This document shows positions 26,521 through 35,265 of a stretch of 37,945 nt of DNA, in pieces. The position numbers and the translations under genes are program-made. Every line of letters starts with the position of its first letter. Positions within the stretch are counted from its first letter, which is position 1. The DNA comes from a virus (taxonomy: Duplodnaviria > Caudoviricetes). The notes under the pieces were generated by a model. The model saw nothing but the letters and a program-made list of their open reading frames with translations, had not been told where the DNA came from and searched no databases. Where the stretch lies: positions 1-37,945 of IMG/VR virus record IMGVR_UViG_3300043405_000007. One strand, written 5' to 3'.

Positions 26521-26807
26521 TGTCGTTACTGCTAATCATTTTTTACTGCGTAGGTATTCAATACGAGCGAGGCGGTCTCTGGTATATCTGTCTCCCTATC
26601 GCTTTAATCGGATTAGTCGTTGACGTGATTGCAAACTATACGGAATTAGCTTTAATCACTTTAGATTTCCCTAAATGGGGTGAATGGACTTTTAGTAAAA
26701 GGCTATCACGGCTACAATATAACGAAGGCTGGCGGGGTTATTTTGCGCGATACCTAGCCAAATGTCTAAACACAATTGCGCCTAGTGGAAAACATATAAA
26801 TGAGTGA
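26520..26807 (+). CDS. Hypothetical membrane protein
   Basis: Hydrophobic N-terminal half; DVIAN...EWTFSKRL...LNTIAPSGKH. Confidence 0.6.
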   Translation: MSLLLIIFYCVGIQYERGGLWYICLPIALIGLVVDVIANYTELALITLDFPKWGEWTFSKRLSRLQYNEGWRGYFARYLAKCLNTIAPSGKHINE

Positions 26808-27093
26808 TCCGACGAACTTTTTAGACATAGCGGCTCTTAAAATCGCTGGCGTAGTTGGTGCATTATGCTCACTTAGATACATCAAAGGGGCATGGCATGA
26901 ACGGCTCACAATGGTCGTTTTTGCTTGCTTTGCTGCTTATCATGGCGCTGCGCCTCTTTCTGAAAAGTTTGGACTTCCTGAAGGTGTTTGTGGGCTTTTA
27001 ATCGGCTTCCTTGCTGCTGCGGTAGCTGAGAAACTGCTAGACCTTGTTCAAAGCAATGAATTATGGGCAAAAGTTAAAGCTAAATTATCATGA
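26800..27093 (+). CDS. Putative holin
   Basis: 97 aa, 2-3 hydrophobic segments, AGVVGALCSLRY, basic C-terminus. Confidence 0.55.
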   Translation: MSDPTNFLDIAALKIAGVVGALCSLRYIKGAWHERLTMVVFACFAAYHGAAPLSEKFGLPEGVCGLLIGFLAAAVAEKLLDLVQSNELWAKVKAKLS

Positions 27094-27350
27094 ATATCTT
27101 GTATGTAATTGCATCTCTTGTTTTGGTTGCGCTATGTTTAATTGGCATAGTGAGCGATAAGTTTCACGATAACATTGTGCAGCGTATCGCCATGAGTGGC
27201 ATGGTTTTGTCATGCGTGGGTTTTGTCTATCAAATGTACCTCGGTAATTTGCCGACTAATTTTGAATTATTCGTGATCTCTGTATCACTTTATGCAATAG
27301 CTACAACATGGAAACTACGCGATGGACGAGATCAAAACATCAAAGAATGA
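27090..27350 (+). CDS. Small three-TM membrane protein (holin/antiholin-like)
   Basis: Three hydrophobic stretches; ATGA-coupled to the putative holin. Confidence 0.55.
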   Translation: MNILYVIASLVLVALCLIGIVSDKFHDNIVQRIAMSGMVLSCVGFVYQMYLGNLPTNFELFVISVSLYAIATTWKLRDGRDQNIKE

Positions 27351-29478
27351 CTTAGCAAGTTTATTGCGAGACTTTGCCCAAGGCGCTAGTAATAGCGTAG
27401 CGGGTAACGTAGCCGTTCCCGTTGATGCAATTGCATGGTTATTGCGTAAAGGCGGTGTAAATGTGCCTACAAACCCTGTCATGGGTAGTGATTGGATGGC
27501 AGAAAAAGGATTGACCCGCGAACCACAAAACAAACTTGCTGGCTTTGTAGGTGACATGGCGGGCATGGTTGCACCTTTTGCGGCTGCATCAAAAGCGCCA
27601 CAAATAGCAAGGGGATTATTGGCTGGTAGTGAAGGAGCGGCAACGGCAGGAAAATGGTTAGGAAAAGAAGCTCTTAGACCTGTTAATGACGCTATTTTGT
27701 ATGGCGAAGGCCCGCTAAGAAAAATTCTTCCTGAATCACCTAAAATTTTTATAGGGCAAAATGCTCAAAACTTTGATAAAAATAGTTTGGCGCAAGCCTT
27801 AAAAATGGAAAAAGAAGGCGTAGACCCTAAACAAATATGGTCCGAAACAGGTAGCATGAGAGCGCCTTGGGATAAGCAGTGGCGTCAGGAAATTGATGAT
27901 AGTGCTGCAAGCATTCCTTATTCTGCTGACAGGACTGGCCGCGCTGATATGTTTGTCAAACATCCTGAGTTATTTAATGGCTACCCAGATATGGCTGGAA
28001 TGGGTTTTAAAGTTGATAGTGAATTACTAAAACCATTAAACGGCAGTTATATTCCACAAAAAGACTTAATTAGTTTAGGATCTGGCAACACATCAACTGG
28101 GCTACATGAGATACAACACGCCATTCAACGTCGTGAAGGTTTTGCTAAAGGCGGGAGTCCTAGTATGTTCGATAAGCCACCTATGGATATTGCTAGGCAA
28201 AATATAGCGAGCACTGTTCATTTTGCGTCAGATTGGACAGCCACACATCCCGGAACACATATAGACGACATTTTAGACGATCTTCTTGATATTATTACAG
28301 AGCCGAAAAAAGGATTTAAGCATGAAGGTAATTATACTAATAACGACTTGGGCGCATTAATAGAGTTAATGAATACAAAAGATAAAAATGCTTTTGTAAA
28401 AAAATGGGTTGAAGAAAGTCATAAACCCGTAAAGGACAGTGTAGATCAATATAAAAAACTTGCAGGCGAAGCTGAAGCTCGTGCCGTACAAACACGTATG
28501 AACATGAATGAAGCGCAACGTCGCGCAACTTATCCGCTTGATAGCTTTGATGTGCCAGTTGACCAGCTTATAACAAGATACGGTGATGCGCCTGCAATGT
28601 CGCAAGGCAACGAACGCCTATTAAAAATACTAGAGCGTAATGGCGAGGGTTTAGCGCCTAAATATCCACAATCACAAGCATTAGAACTAGCACAGCAACG
28701 TGCAGCACTGCCAGTTAGCGAAGGTGGTTTAGGATTGCCTGCTAATAATACGGCTATGGATAGGGCTAATGTGATGGGTTTTGACACGCCAGCTTATCAT
28801 GGAACATCAAATGATTTCACGTCTATGAAAATGGGAGGCGAAGGAAAAACTTATAATGCTGGGGCTTTTTCTACAAATAATCCAGCCTTAGCAGCAACAT
28901 ACGCAAGTTCTGAAGGCGGCAATGTTTTACCTCTTTTGCTAAAAGAAGGTAGTGCCGTTAATGTTGAAGGCAAAGGGGCTAACTGGAATTGGCTGAATGA
29001 TAAAACAAAAATATCAGCTCCAAAAATATCTGTTGCAGATGTCGAGGGTGATAAACTGATGGCTGATTTATTTGGAAAACAAAATTCCATGCCGTCAATA
29101 ATTAACAGAAGTGCTTTTTCAAAATCTCTTGGGAAAAAATTTCCAGATGATTTTAGATGGAATGATGCAATGTCAACTGACGATATTGCAAGATGGGCTA
29201 ATGAGCAAGGCTATTCTGGTGTAAATTTTAATGCTGTGAGGGATAGGGGCCCAAATGGAGTATTCCATACTTCGGAGGCATCTGAACCTAGTAATATTTT
29301 TGCAACATTCAATCCCGACGATATTCGCTCACGCTTTGCAGCCTTCGACCCCTGGAGACGTAATGCAGCAATAGCCGCGACAATGGGCGTAGCTGCACCT
29401 GATTTACTAGCTAACCCGTTAGACGATAAAAATAATCGACTGATTGAGATTTTGAAGCGTAACGGACAAAAACCATAA
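27322..29478 (+). CDS. Polyvalent protein: LPD23-like + zincin metallopeptidase + ADP-ribosyltransferase-like (ART-PolyVal-like) domains
   Basis: IWSETG...WRQEIDDS (aa about 172-194); HEIQH (aa 262) with downstream GEAEAR; AYHGTS...GAFSTNNPALAATYA...GGNVLPLLL...FNPDDIRSRFAAFDP (from aa 491). Confidence 0.7.
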   Translation: MDEIKTSKNDLASLLRDFAQGASNSVAGNVAVPVDAIAWLLRKGGVNVPTNPVMGSDWMAEKGLTREPQNKLAGFVGDMAGMVAPFAAASKAPQIARGLLAGSEGAATAGKWLGKEALRPVNDAILYGEGPLRKILPESPKIFIGQNAQNFDKNSLAQALKMEKEGVDPKQIWSETGSMRAPWDKQWRQEIDDSAASIPYSADRTGRADMFVKHPELFNGYPDMAGMGFKVDSELLKPLNGSYIPQKDLISLGSGNTSTGLHEIQHAIQRREGFAKGGSPSMFDKPPMDIARQNIASTVHFASDWTATHPGTHIDDILDDLLDIITEPKKGFKHEGNYTNNDLGALIELMNTKDKNAFVKKWVEESHKPVKDSVDQYKKLAGEAEARAVQTRMNMNEAQRRATYPLDSFDVPVDQLITRYGDAPAMSQGNERLLKILERNGEGLAPKYPQSQALELAQQRAALPVSEGGLGLPANNTAMDRANVMGFDTPAYHGTSNDFTSMKMGGEGKTYNAGAFSTNNPALAATYASSEGGNVLPLLLKEGSAVNVEGKGANWNWLNDKTKISAPKISVADVEGDKLMADLFGKQNSMPSIINRSAFSKSLGKKFPDDFRWNDAMSTDDIARWANEQGYSGVNFNAVRDRGPNGVFHTSEASEPSNIFATFNPDDIRSRFAAFDPWRRNAAIAATMGVAAPDLLANPLDDKNNRLIEILKRNGQKP

Positions 29479-29487
29479 GGGCAAATC

Positions 29488-30009
29488 ATGGATTTAAAAG
29501 ATATTGTTAATTTTCTTAGAAGTGAAAACTCTTATCCATCTTTTAAAAATGGAACGAAATCCCCTGAGTTGTTAGGCGAATATTCTCCTTTTAGAAATAC
29601 TGTAAGTATAAAAAATGGCTTAACTGGAGAGAAATTTAATTCTGTTAAAACGCATGAGTTAGCACATGCACTTGCAACAAAAGTTAAAAATGAGGCTGAT
29701 AATGCTTTATATAATCCTCTTGTTGGAAATGTTGAAAGAACCCAATTGCAAGATGGCGTTAATAAGTTATGGAATAATCAATTCCCATCATCGATACAAG
29801 AAGATTATTATAGAAATAATCCTCAAGAATCTTTTGCTTTTGGCGTATCCAATACTCTTAATCCAAACAATAAAACGTTACCATCAAAAAACCCACATCA
29901 AGACCCAACACGAGCGACTGAGTTAGCAGTGTTATTAGATTTAGCAAATAGGACAAGAGAGTCTAGTGCTCAAAATAAACTCAGGTCTTTTTTTGGTTTT
30001 AAGGAATAA
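29488..30009 (+). CDS. Putative zincin metallopeptidase
   Basis: LGEYSP...THELAHA with downstream PQESFA; AT-rich gene. Confidence 0.6.
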   Translation: MDLKDIVNFLRSENSYPSFKNGTKSPELLGEYSPFRNTVSIKNGLTGEKFNSVKTHELAHALATKVKNEADNALYNPLVGNVERTQLQDGVNKLWNNQFPSSIQEDYYRNNPQESFAFGVSNTLNPNNKTLPSKNPHQDPTRATELAVLLDLANRTRESSAQNKLRSFFGFKE

Positions 30010-30012
30010 ATA

Positions 30013-30513
30013 ATGCCACCATTCATAGTAACCATGTTAGCCCAAGGCTTAGGCATATTGGGTAATGCTGTATTAGCTAAGGGTAAAGACGTTATCGAGG
30101 AAAAGCTAGGAATAGACCTAGAAAAAGCCACGCAAACGCCTGAAGGCTTGCAAAAGCTAAAACAGCTAGAGATTGACCACGAGGAGTTTTTACTAAGCAA
30201 TGCGCTAGAAAATCGCAAGATTGACCTGCAAGATAAGGCGTTAGACATTGGTAATACGACTAATGCGCGGGACATGAATACACGCGTACAGGAAAGCCAA
30301 TACGCGAGCTTTATGTCTAAAAATATCGCGCCTATCTTAGCCCTTGTCGTCGTCGTTGGCGGTGGTGCTATGCTGTGGACAAGTCAAAATGCTGATGTGC
30401 GTACGGCGGCGGTTGGATTGATTACCTTAGTCCTCGGCTTTTACTTTGGTTCAACGAACTCTAGCCAACGAAAAGATGCAACTATCGCAAGCCTTACAGG
30501 GGCTACAAAATGA
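30013..30513 (+). CDS. Lysis-associated membrane protein (holin-like)
   Basis: Two C-terminal TM segments ending VLGFYFGS; ARDMN motif; ATGA-coupled to the endolysin. Confidence 0.6.
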   Translation: MPPFIVTMLAQGLGILGNAVLAKGKDVIEEKLGIDLEKATQTPEGLQKLKQLEIDHEEFLLSNALENRKIDLQDKALDIGNTTNARDMNTRVQESQYASFMSKNIAPILALVVVVGGGAMLWTSQNADVRTAAVGLITLVLGFYFGSTNSSQRKDATIASLTGATK

Positions 30514-30869
30514 CACTAGGACAGTCACAAGAAGCGTTCGCGCATGACGTTGTTAGCCTACTATCAAAAGCATGGGAACTAGGCTTCTCGGTGCGTTTAG
30601 GCGAAGTACAGCGACCTATTGAAATGCAACAGCTTTATGTCAAAACGGGGCGCTCTAAAACAATGGATTCGATGCATCTTAAAAAGTGCGCGATTGACCT
30701 AGTTTTATTGATTGACGGACAAGTATGTACACGCGCACAAATTAAGCCATTGGGTGACTGGTGGGAATCACTTTCGCCTATTCATCAATGGGGCGGTAAT
30801 TGGCGCGGGGCTGTGGATAGTGGAAAATCTTCATTCGTTGATGCGCCACACTTTCAAATTACCTGCTAA
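30510..30869 (+). CDS. Endolysin, peptidase M15 family (L-Ala-D-Glu type)
   Basis: SMHLKKCAID (SxHxxxxAxD), WGGNW, DAPHFQ. Confidence 0.85.
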   Translation: MTLGQSQEAFAHDVVSLLSKAWELGFSVRLGEVQRPIEMQQLYVKTGRSKTMDSMHLKKCAIDLVLLIDGQVCTRAQIKPLGDWWESLSPIHQWGGNWRGAVDSGKSSFVDAPHFQITC

Positions 30870-30940
30870 TAGCCTTTGTAAATAACATAGACAAAAGCGC
30901 AAAAAGCACCTACTAGAAACCCTGTAATAAATAGTGTCAT
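30866..30940 (-). CDS. Tiny hydrophobic peptide (24 aa)
   Basis: MTLFITGFLVGAFCAFVYVIYKGY; its ATG overlaps the ninG stop. Confidence 0.45.
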   Translation of the reverse strand: MTLFITGFLVGAFCAFVYVIYKGY

Positions 30941-31488
30941 TTAAGTTCTTTCGTTAGTTTTTTGTAGTCACTTGTTAGCATTTGCAAGCCTTCGATTGTG
31001 TATTTCCTAACACATTGGTCAGCCTCTAAGCGGTCAAGGGCTACTTGCCCGATTCGGTGTGATAAATGACGGCGATATTCGGTAACATTACCCGATAGAT
31101 AACGGTTGCATTTTTTGCATTGTCCGTGAGCATTTTGGTCGTCAAATCGAAGATGTGGAGCGCTGCCAACAGAACGGAAGTGACCGCAATCGTAACCGCC
31201 TCCTAACGCCTCTTTTTTTAACGGTACACCACACGATATACAAGGCTTATCAGCGTCTCTAGCCCTGATATAAGCGTTAAATGCTTTTTGAGCATCCTTC
31301 ATGTAATCTGAGCGTGTTTTCAATGCTTCTTTTCGTGCTTTGGTTTCTTTGTGTTCAGTTTTTTTATTTCTGGAGTCAACTAATATTGCTGCACACTTTA
31401 AATTACAAACGGACTGCCACGGCGAGCGTTTAACAAATGGCTCTTTGCATACGGCGCATTTGTAAGTTTTATCTTTTTTGCTAATCAT
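30937..31488 (-). CDS. ninG: NinG/Rap-family recombination endonuclease
   Basis: CAVC...CNLKCA; AFNAYIRARD; CISCG; DCGHFRSVGSAPHLRF; HGQCKKCN. Confidence 0.9.
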   Translation of the reverse strand: MISKKDKTYKCAVCKEPFVKRSPWQSVCNLKCAAILVDSRNKKTEHKETKARKEALKTRSDYMKDAQKAFNAYIRARDADKPCISCGVPLKKEALGGGYDCGHFRSVGSAPHLRFDDQNAHGQCKKCNRYLSGNVTEYRRHLSHRIGQVALDRLEADQCVRKYTIEGLQMLTSDYKKLTKELK

Positions 31489-31894
31489 TCAATTTATACT
31501 CATTCAAAGTAGCCCAAGCCGTTGCATATTCAATCAGGCTAGAGCTACGTTTTACACTCATTAAAGCAGTAGATTCTCGAAGGTTGATAAATTCACCCTC
31601 TAACCCAGCGACGACTTCTACACCTTCGCCAGTAGCGATAGCATGACCTGATACCAGTAAGACCTTCACTTGCTCTGCATTTCGTTTTTTGCCATGCCAT
31701 ACAAATCCCGCCTTTGCTATATCTTCACAAATGCTATGAAATTTCGCATTTTGCTCTAGTGTGCGGTTTATATCACCTATTGATATTTTTAGCACGTGAC
31801 CAGCCATTAGCATGGATTTAATGTAAGGCCATACCTGCTCGGTTAGAACTTTATGCGCTTGTACGGGTTCACGGAAAACGAAGGTCTTTTTCAT
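31481..31894 (-). CDS. ninB: NinB/Orf-family recombination protein
   Basis: RTLEQNAKFHSICEDIAK...GLEGEFINLRESTALMS...LIEY. Confidence 0.8.
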   Translation of the reverse strand: MKKTFVFREPVQAHKVLTEQVWPYIKSMLMAGHVLKISIGDINRTLEQNAKFHSICEDIAKAGFVWHGKKRNAEQVKVLLVSGHAIATGEGVEVVAGLEGEFINLRESTALMSVKRSSSLIEYATAWATLNEYKLND

Positions 31895-32349
31895 TTAATT
31901 CCGTGATGTGCTTCGATAGCGCGGGCAAAGGATAACTCATCAAAAACCAAGTCAAACTCACCAGTAGACCAATGATCTGGCGCTTGTCTCAATGATTCAA
32001 TCTCATCTTCACTCATTGGCTCTCGTGATTGAGGCTCTGATCCAATAGAGTTGAGCGCCTCTACATATTTATCATAATCATCATCATCAAGGTTATTCCG
32101 CAAATAATGATTTATCATGTCATAACCCCAAGCAACAGGCTCTTGCACTGGCTTTGCTAGGTAGGCTTCGATTTCGTTACCTATTTTGATAGCGTCTTCG
32201 GCTTCTTTGCGGTACGACTCCAATCGCTCGGGGCGATACTTCTCCCCGTAGGCGTTTTTGTAGTCGTTAAAAAGCTCATGCGCATTGTCAGCCGCGTTAT
32301 CCGCCATGACTTTGCACCGCTCCAATAGTTCTCGTTCGGTTGTGTTCAT
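31891..32349 (-). CDS. Hypothetical phage protein
   Basis: QEPVAW and PMSEDEI...FARAIEAHHGI motifs; ATGA coupling. Confidence 0.7.
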   Translation of the reverse strand: MNTTERELLERCKVMADNAADNAHELFNDYKNAYGEKYRPERLESYRKEAEDAIKIGNEIEAYLAKPVQEPVAWGYDMINHYLRNNLDDDDYDKYVEALNSIGSEPQSREPMSEDEIESLRQAPDHWSTGEFDLVFDELSFARAIEAHHGIK

Positions 32350-32567
32350 CGAACCTCCTGCGCAATTGATGTTTCTTGAATGTGTAGATCAACCTCTGGT
32401 GAGATTAAATAGTCGGGTATCTCAACCGTGAAAGATAGCCGTTTGCCGTGTAAAAACTTGTCCCATTGCGGGTTTGCGTAAGCGCTGCAATTAAGTGGAT
32501 CCCACCCTTGCCATACGTCTAAGTAAAGTTTTAGTTTCATGTTATTTCCTTGCTCTGATTGCTTCAA
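32346..32567 (-). CDS. Hypothetical protein (may start at 32540)
   Basis: In operon; the internal ATG has SD AAGGA. Confidence 0.6.
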   Translation of the reverse strand: MKQSEQGNNMKLKLYLDVWQGWDPLNCSAYANPQWDKFLHGKRLSFTVEIPDYLISPEVDLHIQETSIAQEVR

Positions 32568-32788
32568 TGTTGATACTGTGGAATAGTATTGTTAATACGG
32601 TCTTTTTCCTGCTGTATGCCCTGCGCTACACCTAATACAAAGGCTGCGTTGGCAAAAGAAGTTAATTCTTCTAAAGAAAATTCGTATGATGTCCATTCAG
32701 GGTAAGGGCGGTTATCGGAATGGTGGTTACATTCGGCATCATATTTTTTAGCCAGTTCACGCGCCTGCTCTTGTGTTAGTGTGTTCAT
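32564..32788 (-). CDS. Hypothetical protein
   Basis: SD AAGGA; in operon. Confidence 0.65.
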   Translation of the reverse strand: MNTLTQEQARELAKKYDAECNHHSDNRPYPEWTSYEFSLEELTSFANAAFVLGVAQGIQQEKDRINNTIPQYQH

Positions 32789-32797
32789 TTAGATTCC

Positions 32798-33055
32798 TTA
32801 ATTTTGCATTACAGAGGCAATAACTTTCATCACATCGCCACGTTGAACCTTGCCGCGCCATTGATATTTTTTACGACTAGGCCAATAATCCAACCGCTCT
32901 CCAGTAACCATGCGCGACCAATGATGCGGGGTGTGTTTGACCCATTCGCCATCATCAACTCTTATAGCGTTGGCTAAAAACGAGGCGCGATCAGCATCAA
33001 ACTTTTCTTTTGCATTGCTCTTTAAAGCATCCCAAATTGGGTCTCGTTCGCTCAT
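32798..33055 (-). CDS. Hypothetical phage protein
   Basis: Trp-rich LDYWPSRKKYQWRGK; SD GGAG. Confidence 0.7.
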   Translation of the reverse strand: MSERDPIWDALKSNAKEKFDADRASFLANAIRVDDGEWVKHTPHHWSRMVTGERLDYWPSRKKYQWRGKVQRGDVMKVIASVMQN

Positions 33056-33083
33056 TGTTTACTCTCCCAAATAGTTAGTGTGT

Positions 33084-33722
33084 TCATTTAATCTCTCCAA
33101 TCTCAAACTTATCACGTGCCAATTTAGCCTTGATATAGGCTTTTGCATCGGCTTCTGTGCGCCAGCAGTTGTAGTTTTTAAGCAATATCTCATCAAACGA
33201 TTCATCACTCCATAAAAATGGGTGTGTATATCCTTGTATACCAATACCCCAGTATTCGGCGCCATTTTTAGGCGCACTCATATAAGGCAAATTAAGCGTG
33301 AGCACTTCGCCGTTGCCAACATTGAATTGGAAGGTTGTTGGCTCTACGTATTCTTTGATTATTTTGTAGTGGGTAATATCTGTCCTATCACCTTCTTTTT
33401 CCCATCGTAAATACTTGGCAATCTTTTTGCGGTTCTGGCTGTCAAGAAGGTTTTGTTTCTTCATAATCCAGCCCACCTCAGTCATCTCATGAACAGGGCA
33501 AACATCACCAGTATGCCTAATCCATCCATCGTCTAGCAGGTGTTGGTCTTGGTCGGCTATGCGCCACGTGTTGCCATCTTGAAAATCTGGTAATTCATCA
33601 CCTTTTGTCTTAAACCAATCTCCAAGGGCTTTAAACTCAAACTTGCCGGCTAACGACTCGCCTTTCTCAGCAAGGTCAGCAGCATGGCGCAATAGCTCGG
33701 GTAGTGTATTTGGTTGTTTCAT
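33084..33722 (-). CDS. Hypothetical multi-module phage protein
   Basis: 212 aa; WIRHTGDVCPV...DITHYKII and CWRTEADAKA modules. Confidence 0.7.
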   Translation of the reverse strand: MKQPNTLPELLRHAADLAEKGESLAGKFEFKALGDWFKTKGDELPDFQDGNTWRIADQDQHLLDDGWIRHTGDVCPVHEMTEVGWIMKKQNLLDSQNRKKIAKYLRWEKEGDRTDITHYKIIKEYVEPTTFQFNVGNGEVLTLNLPYMSAPKNGAEYWGIGIQGYTHPFLWSDESFDEILLKNYNCWRTEADAKAYIKAKLARDKFEIGEIK

Positions 33723-33764
33723 AAAAATCCTACAAATGTTTCTAAAGAATCAATTAGCACGCCA

Positions 33765-34028
33765 TCAATTTTTTGATGGATGTGCCCCCATGCCGCAATC
33801 AAGTTCAAACCAACGCATAAATAGACCGTATTCGCCAGCCTCATAGTCACCTATTAACATGGCGGTTGTAATGGTCAATTGATCGAACGTATCCCAAAGA
33901 GCTTTATAGATAGCGCTATCGTGCGGAATATCGCCAATCAACTCACGTAATGGTTTGGTAGCCAACTCATTACGGTCGTATGCATCTTTCCATTGCTGGA
34001 GTAGCGTTAGTTTTTGTTCTTTGTTCAT
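33765..34028 (-). CDS. Hypothetical protein (possibly leaderless mRNA)
   Basis: ATG 6 nt after a putative -10 GACAAT; no SD. Confidence 0.6.
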   Translation of the reverse strand: MNKEQKLTLLQQWKDAYDRNELATKPLRELIGDIPHDSAIYKALWDTFDQLTITTAMLIGDYEAGEYGLFMRWFELDCGMGAHPSKN

Positions 34029-34034
34029 GGTTTT

Positions 34035-34080
34035 ATTGTCGTTTTATTTTTACAAATGTACATAGGTGTTTACCCCTATA
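34035..34080 (-). promoter_or_regulatory. Leftward promoter with second copy of the TAGGGGTAAACACCTA box
   Basis: 34062-34080 is the exact reverse complement of 1487-1505 (19/19); -10-like GACAAT lies 22 nt downstream of the box. Confidence 0.6.
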
Positions 34081-34309
34081 CCTTTCGCGTAAACTTTAAA
34101 ATATAGATATGATTTTGCACCATTGATGGCGGTATAGCCACATAAGACGAACAACCGATAATCATCCCCAAATCCAATAAACTCTTACGCCTAGCAAGCT
34201 GCATCAATCCGTCAAAATCGACTTTCTCACATTCGATGATGTAAGACTCACCTTTTTCTAATGCGTGTAATGCGTCAAGGTGCTTTTTGTTTTTTGTGTT
34301 GTATCTCAT
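34076..34309 (-). CDS. Hypothetical protein
   Basis: ATGA-coupled ORF in the early operon. Confidence 0.55.
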   Translation of the reverse strand: MRYNTKNKKHLDALHALEKGESYIIECEKVDFDGLMQLARRKSLLDLGMIIGCSSYVAIPPSMVQNHIYILKFTRKV

Positions 34310-34476
34310 AATGCTTCAGCGCAAAGCAGTAAAAAGATTGACTCTTCTAGTCTTGTCATATCTGGTGGATTTTCTTTTACGCTGCAAAATCCAAACAAAA
34401 CAATAGCAGTAGCCATGCCAGATAGCGGCTCATTTGTATGCTCTGCACAAAACCTTAATTCGTCACGGATACTCAT
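34306..34476 (-). CDS. Hypothetical protein (56 aa, not in ORF track)
   Basis: MSIRDELRFCAEH...IFLLLCAEAL; ATGA overlaps at both ends. Confidence 0.6.
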   Translation of the reverse strand: MSIRDELRFCAEHTNEPLSGMATAIVLFGFCSVKENPPDMTRLEESIFLLLCAEAL

Positions 34477-34808
34477 AATCTTACCTTTTCTATTGCTTTT
34501 TGTGCTTCTTGTTCTGTTTTAAATAGGCCGATATATTTATTGCAAAGATACGCCTGAAATTTATTACATCGTTTTATTTTTACAATTGATCCAAATGAAT
34601 ATTTATCGTGATTCTTTCGTCGTTTTAAAATTAAATCACTTGTATCGCATTCATTGTTTGTGAATGTTTTTATGCAATCAATCATAAATTTAGATGTCGG
34701 TCTTTTGTGATTTATCACGTAAGACATGTGAACGTGATGAACGCCAATTGATTTACATGCAGATTTAATTGTTATTCCTTTTATATTTAACCATTCTTTG
34801 AAATTCAT
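34473..34808 (-). CDS. HTH + AP2-like DNA-binding protein
   Basis: N-terminal Cro/Xre-like helix pattern; C-terminal GSI...KFQAY...KYIGLFKTEQEA. Confidence 0.55.
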   Translation of the reverse strand: MNFKEWLNIKGITIKSACKSIGVHHVHMSYVINHKRPTSKFMIDCIKTFTNNECDTSDLILKRRKNHDKYSFGSIVKIKRCNKFQAYLCNKYIGLFKTEQEAQKAIEKVRL

Positions 34809-35113
34809 TTCACATCTTTCACAAAAGTGCCATTAGCTAAAAGCGTACCAGTTCTATCCTTAATCTCCTCATAAGCCAATTCAAGGCACTGTGATAGGTC
34901 TATATCACGCAAAGCACAATAGATGATTAGACATGCCAGTACATCGCCTACGCCGTCCTTAATCTTTGTCATATCCCATTTAATCTCGGCATCGGCTAAC
35001 TCGCCCATTTCCGATACGGCTTTCAATAGCTGCGTGTGTGGCTTGGAATTAGGAATAATCTTTCTCGCCTCTGCCCAGCGTATAACGTCAATCTCTAGTT
35101 TTTTAAAGTTCAT
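34805..35113 (-). CDS. MazG-like nucleotide pyrophosphohydrolase
   Basis: WAEARKI...QLLKAVSEMGELA...DGVGD...CLELAYEEIKDRTG...GTFVK. Confidence 0.85.
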   Translation of the reverse strand: MNFKKLEIDVIRWAEARKIIPNSKPHTQLLKAVSEMGELADAEIKWDMTKIKDGVGDVLACLIIYCALRDIDLSQCLELAYEEIKDRTGTLLANGTFVKDVK

Positions 35114-35265
35114 TATTTGCTTTCTAATACTTCATTTGTTAGCAACTCGACTGCATTACAAAGTTTTTCATATAAGTAATCAGGAAAATGAGGCTGAACC
35201 GAAAAGCTCCACGACTCCATTGCTGACAAAAGCATGATTAGGTCTATTTTTTCTTTTTGTGTCAT
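35113..35265 (-). CDS. Hypothetical protein (50 aa, not in ORF track)
   Basis: MTQKEKIDLIMLLSAMESWSF...; TAATG overlaps at both ends. Confidence 0.6.
   Translation of the reverse strand: MTQKEKIDLIMLLSAMESWSFSVQPHFPDYLYEKLCNAVELLTNEVLESK

Noticed and set aside
5255-30275. Many short nested or antisense ORFs inside structural genes
   Set aside because: They are contained within or largely overlap long, well-supported genes and have no SD or motifs.
34280-34522. Plus-strand ORFs in the leftward early operon (also 33222, 33643, 34923, 35670, 35863, 36108)
   Set aside because: They are antisense to a tightly coupled chain of minus-strand genes.
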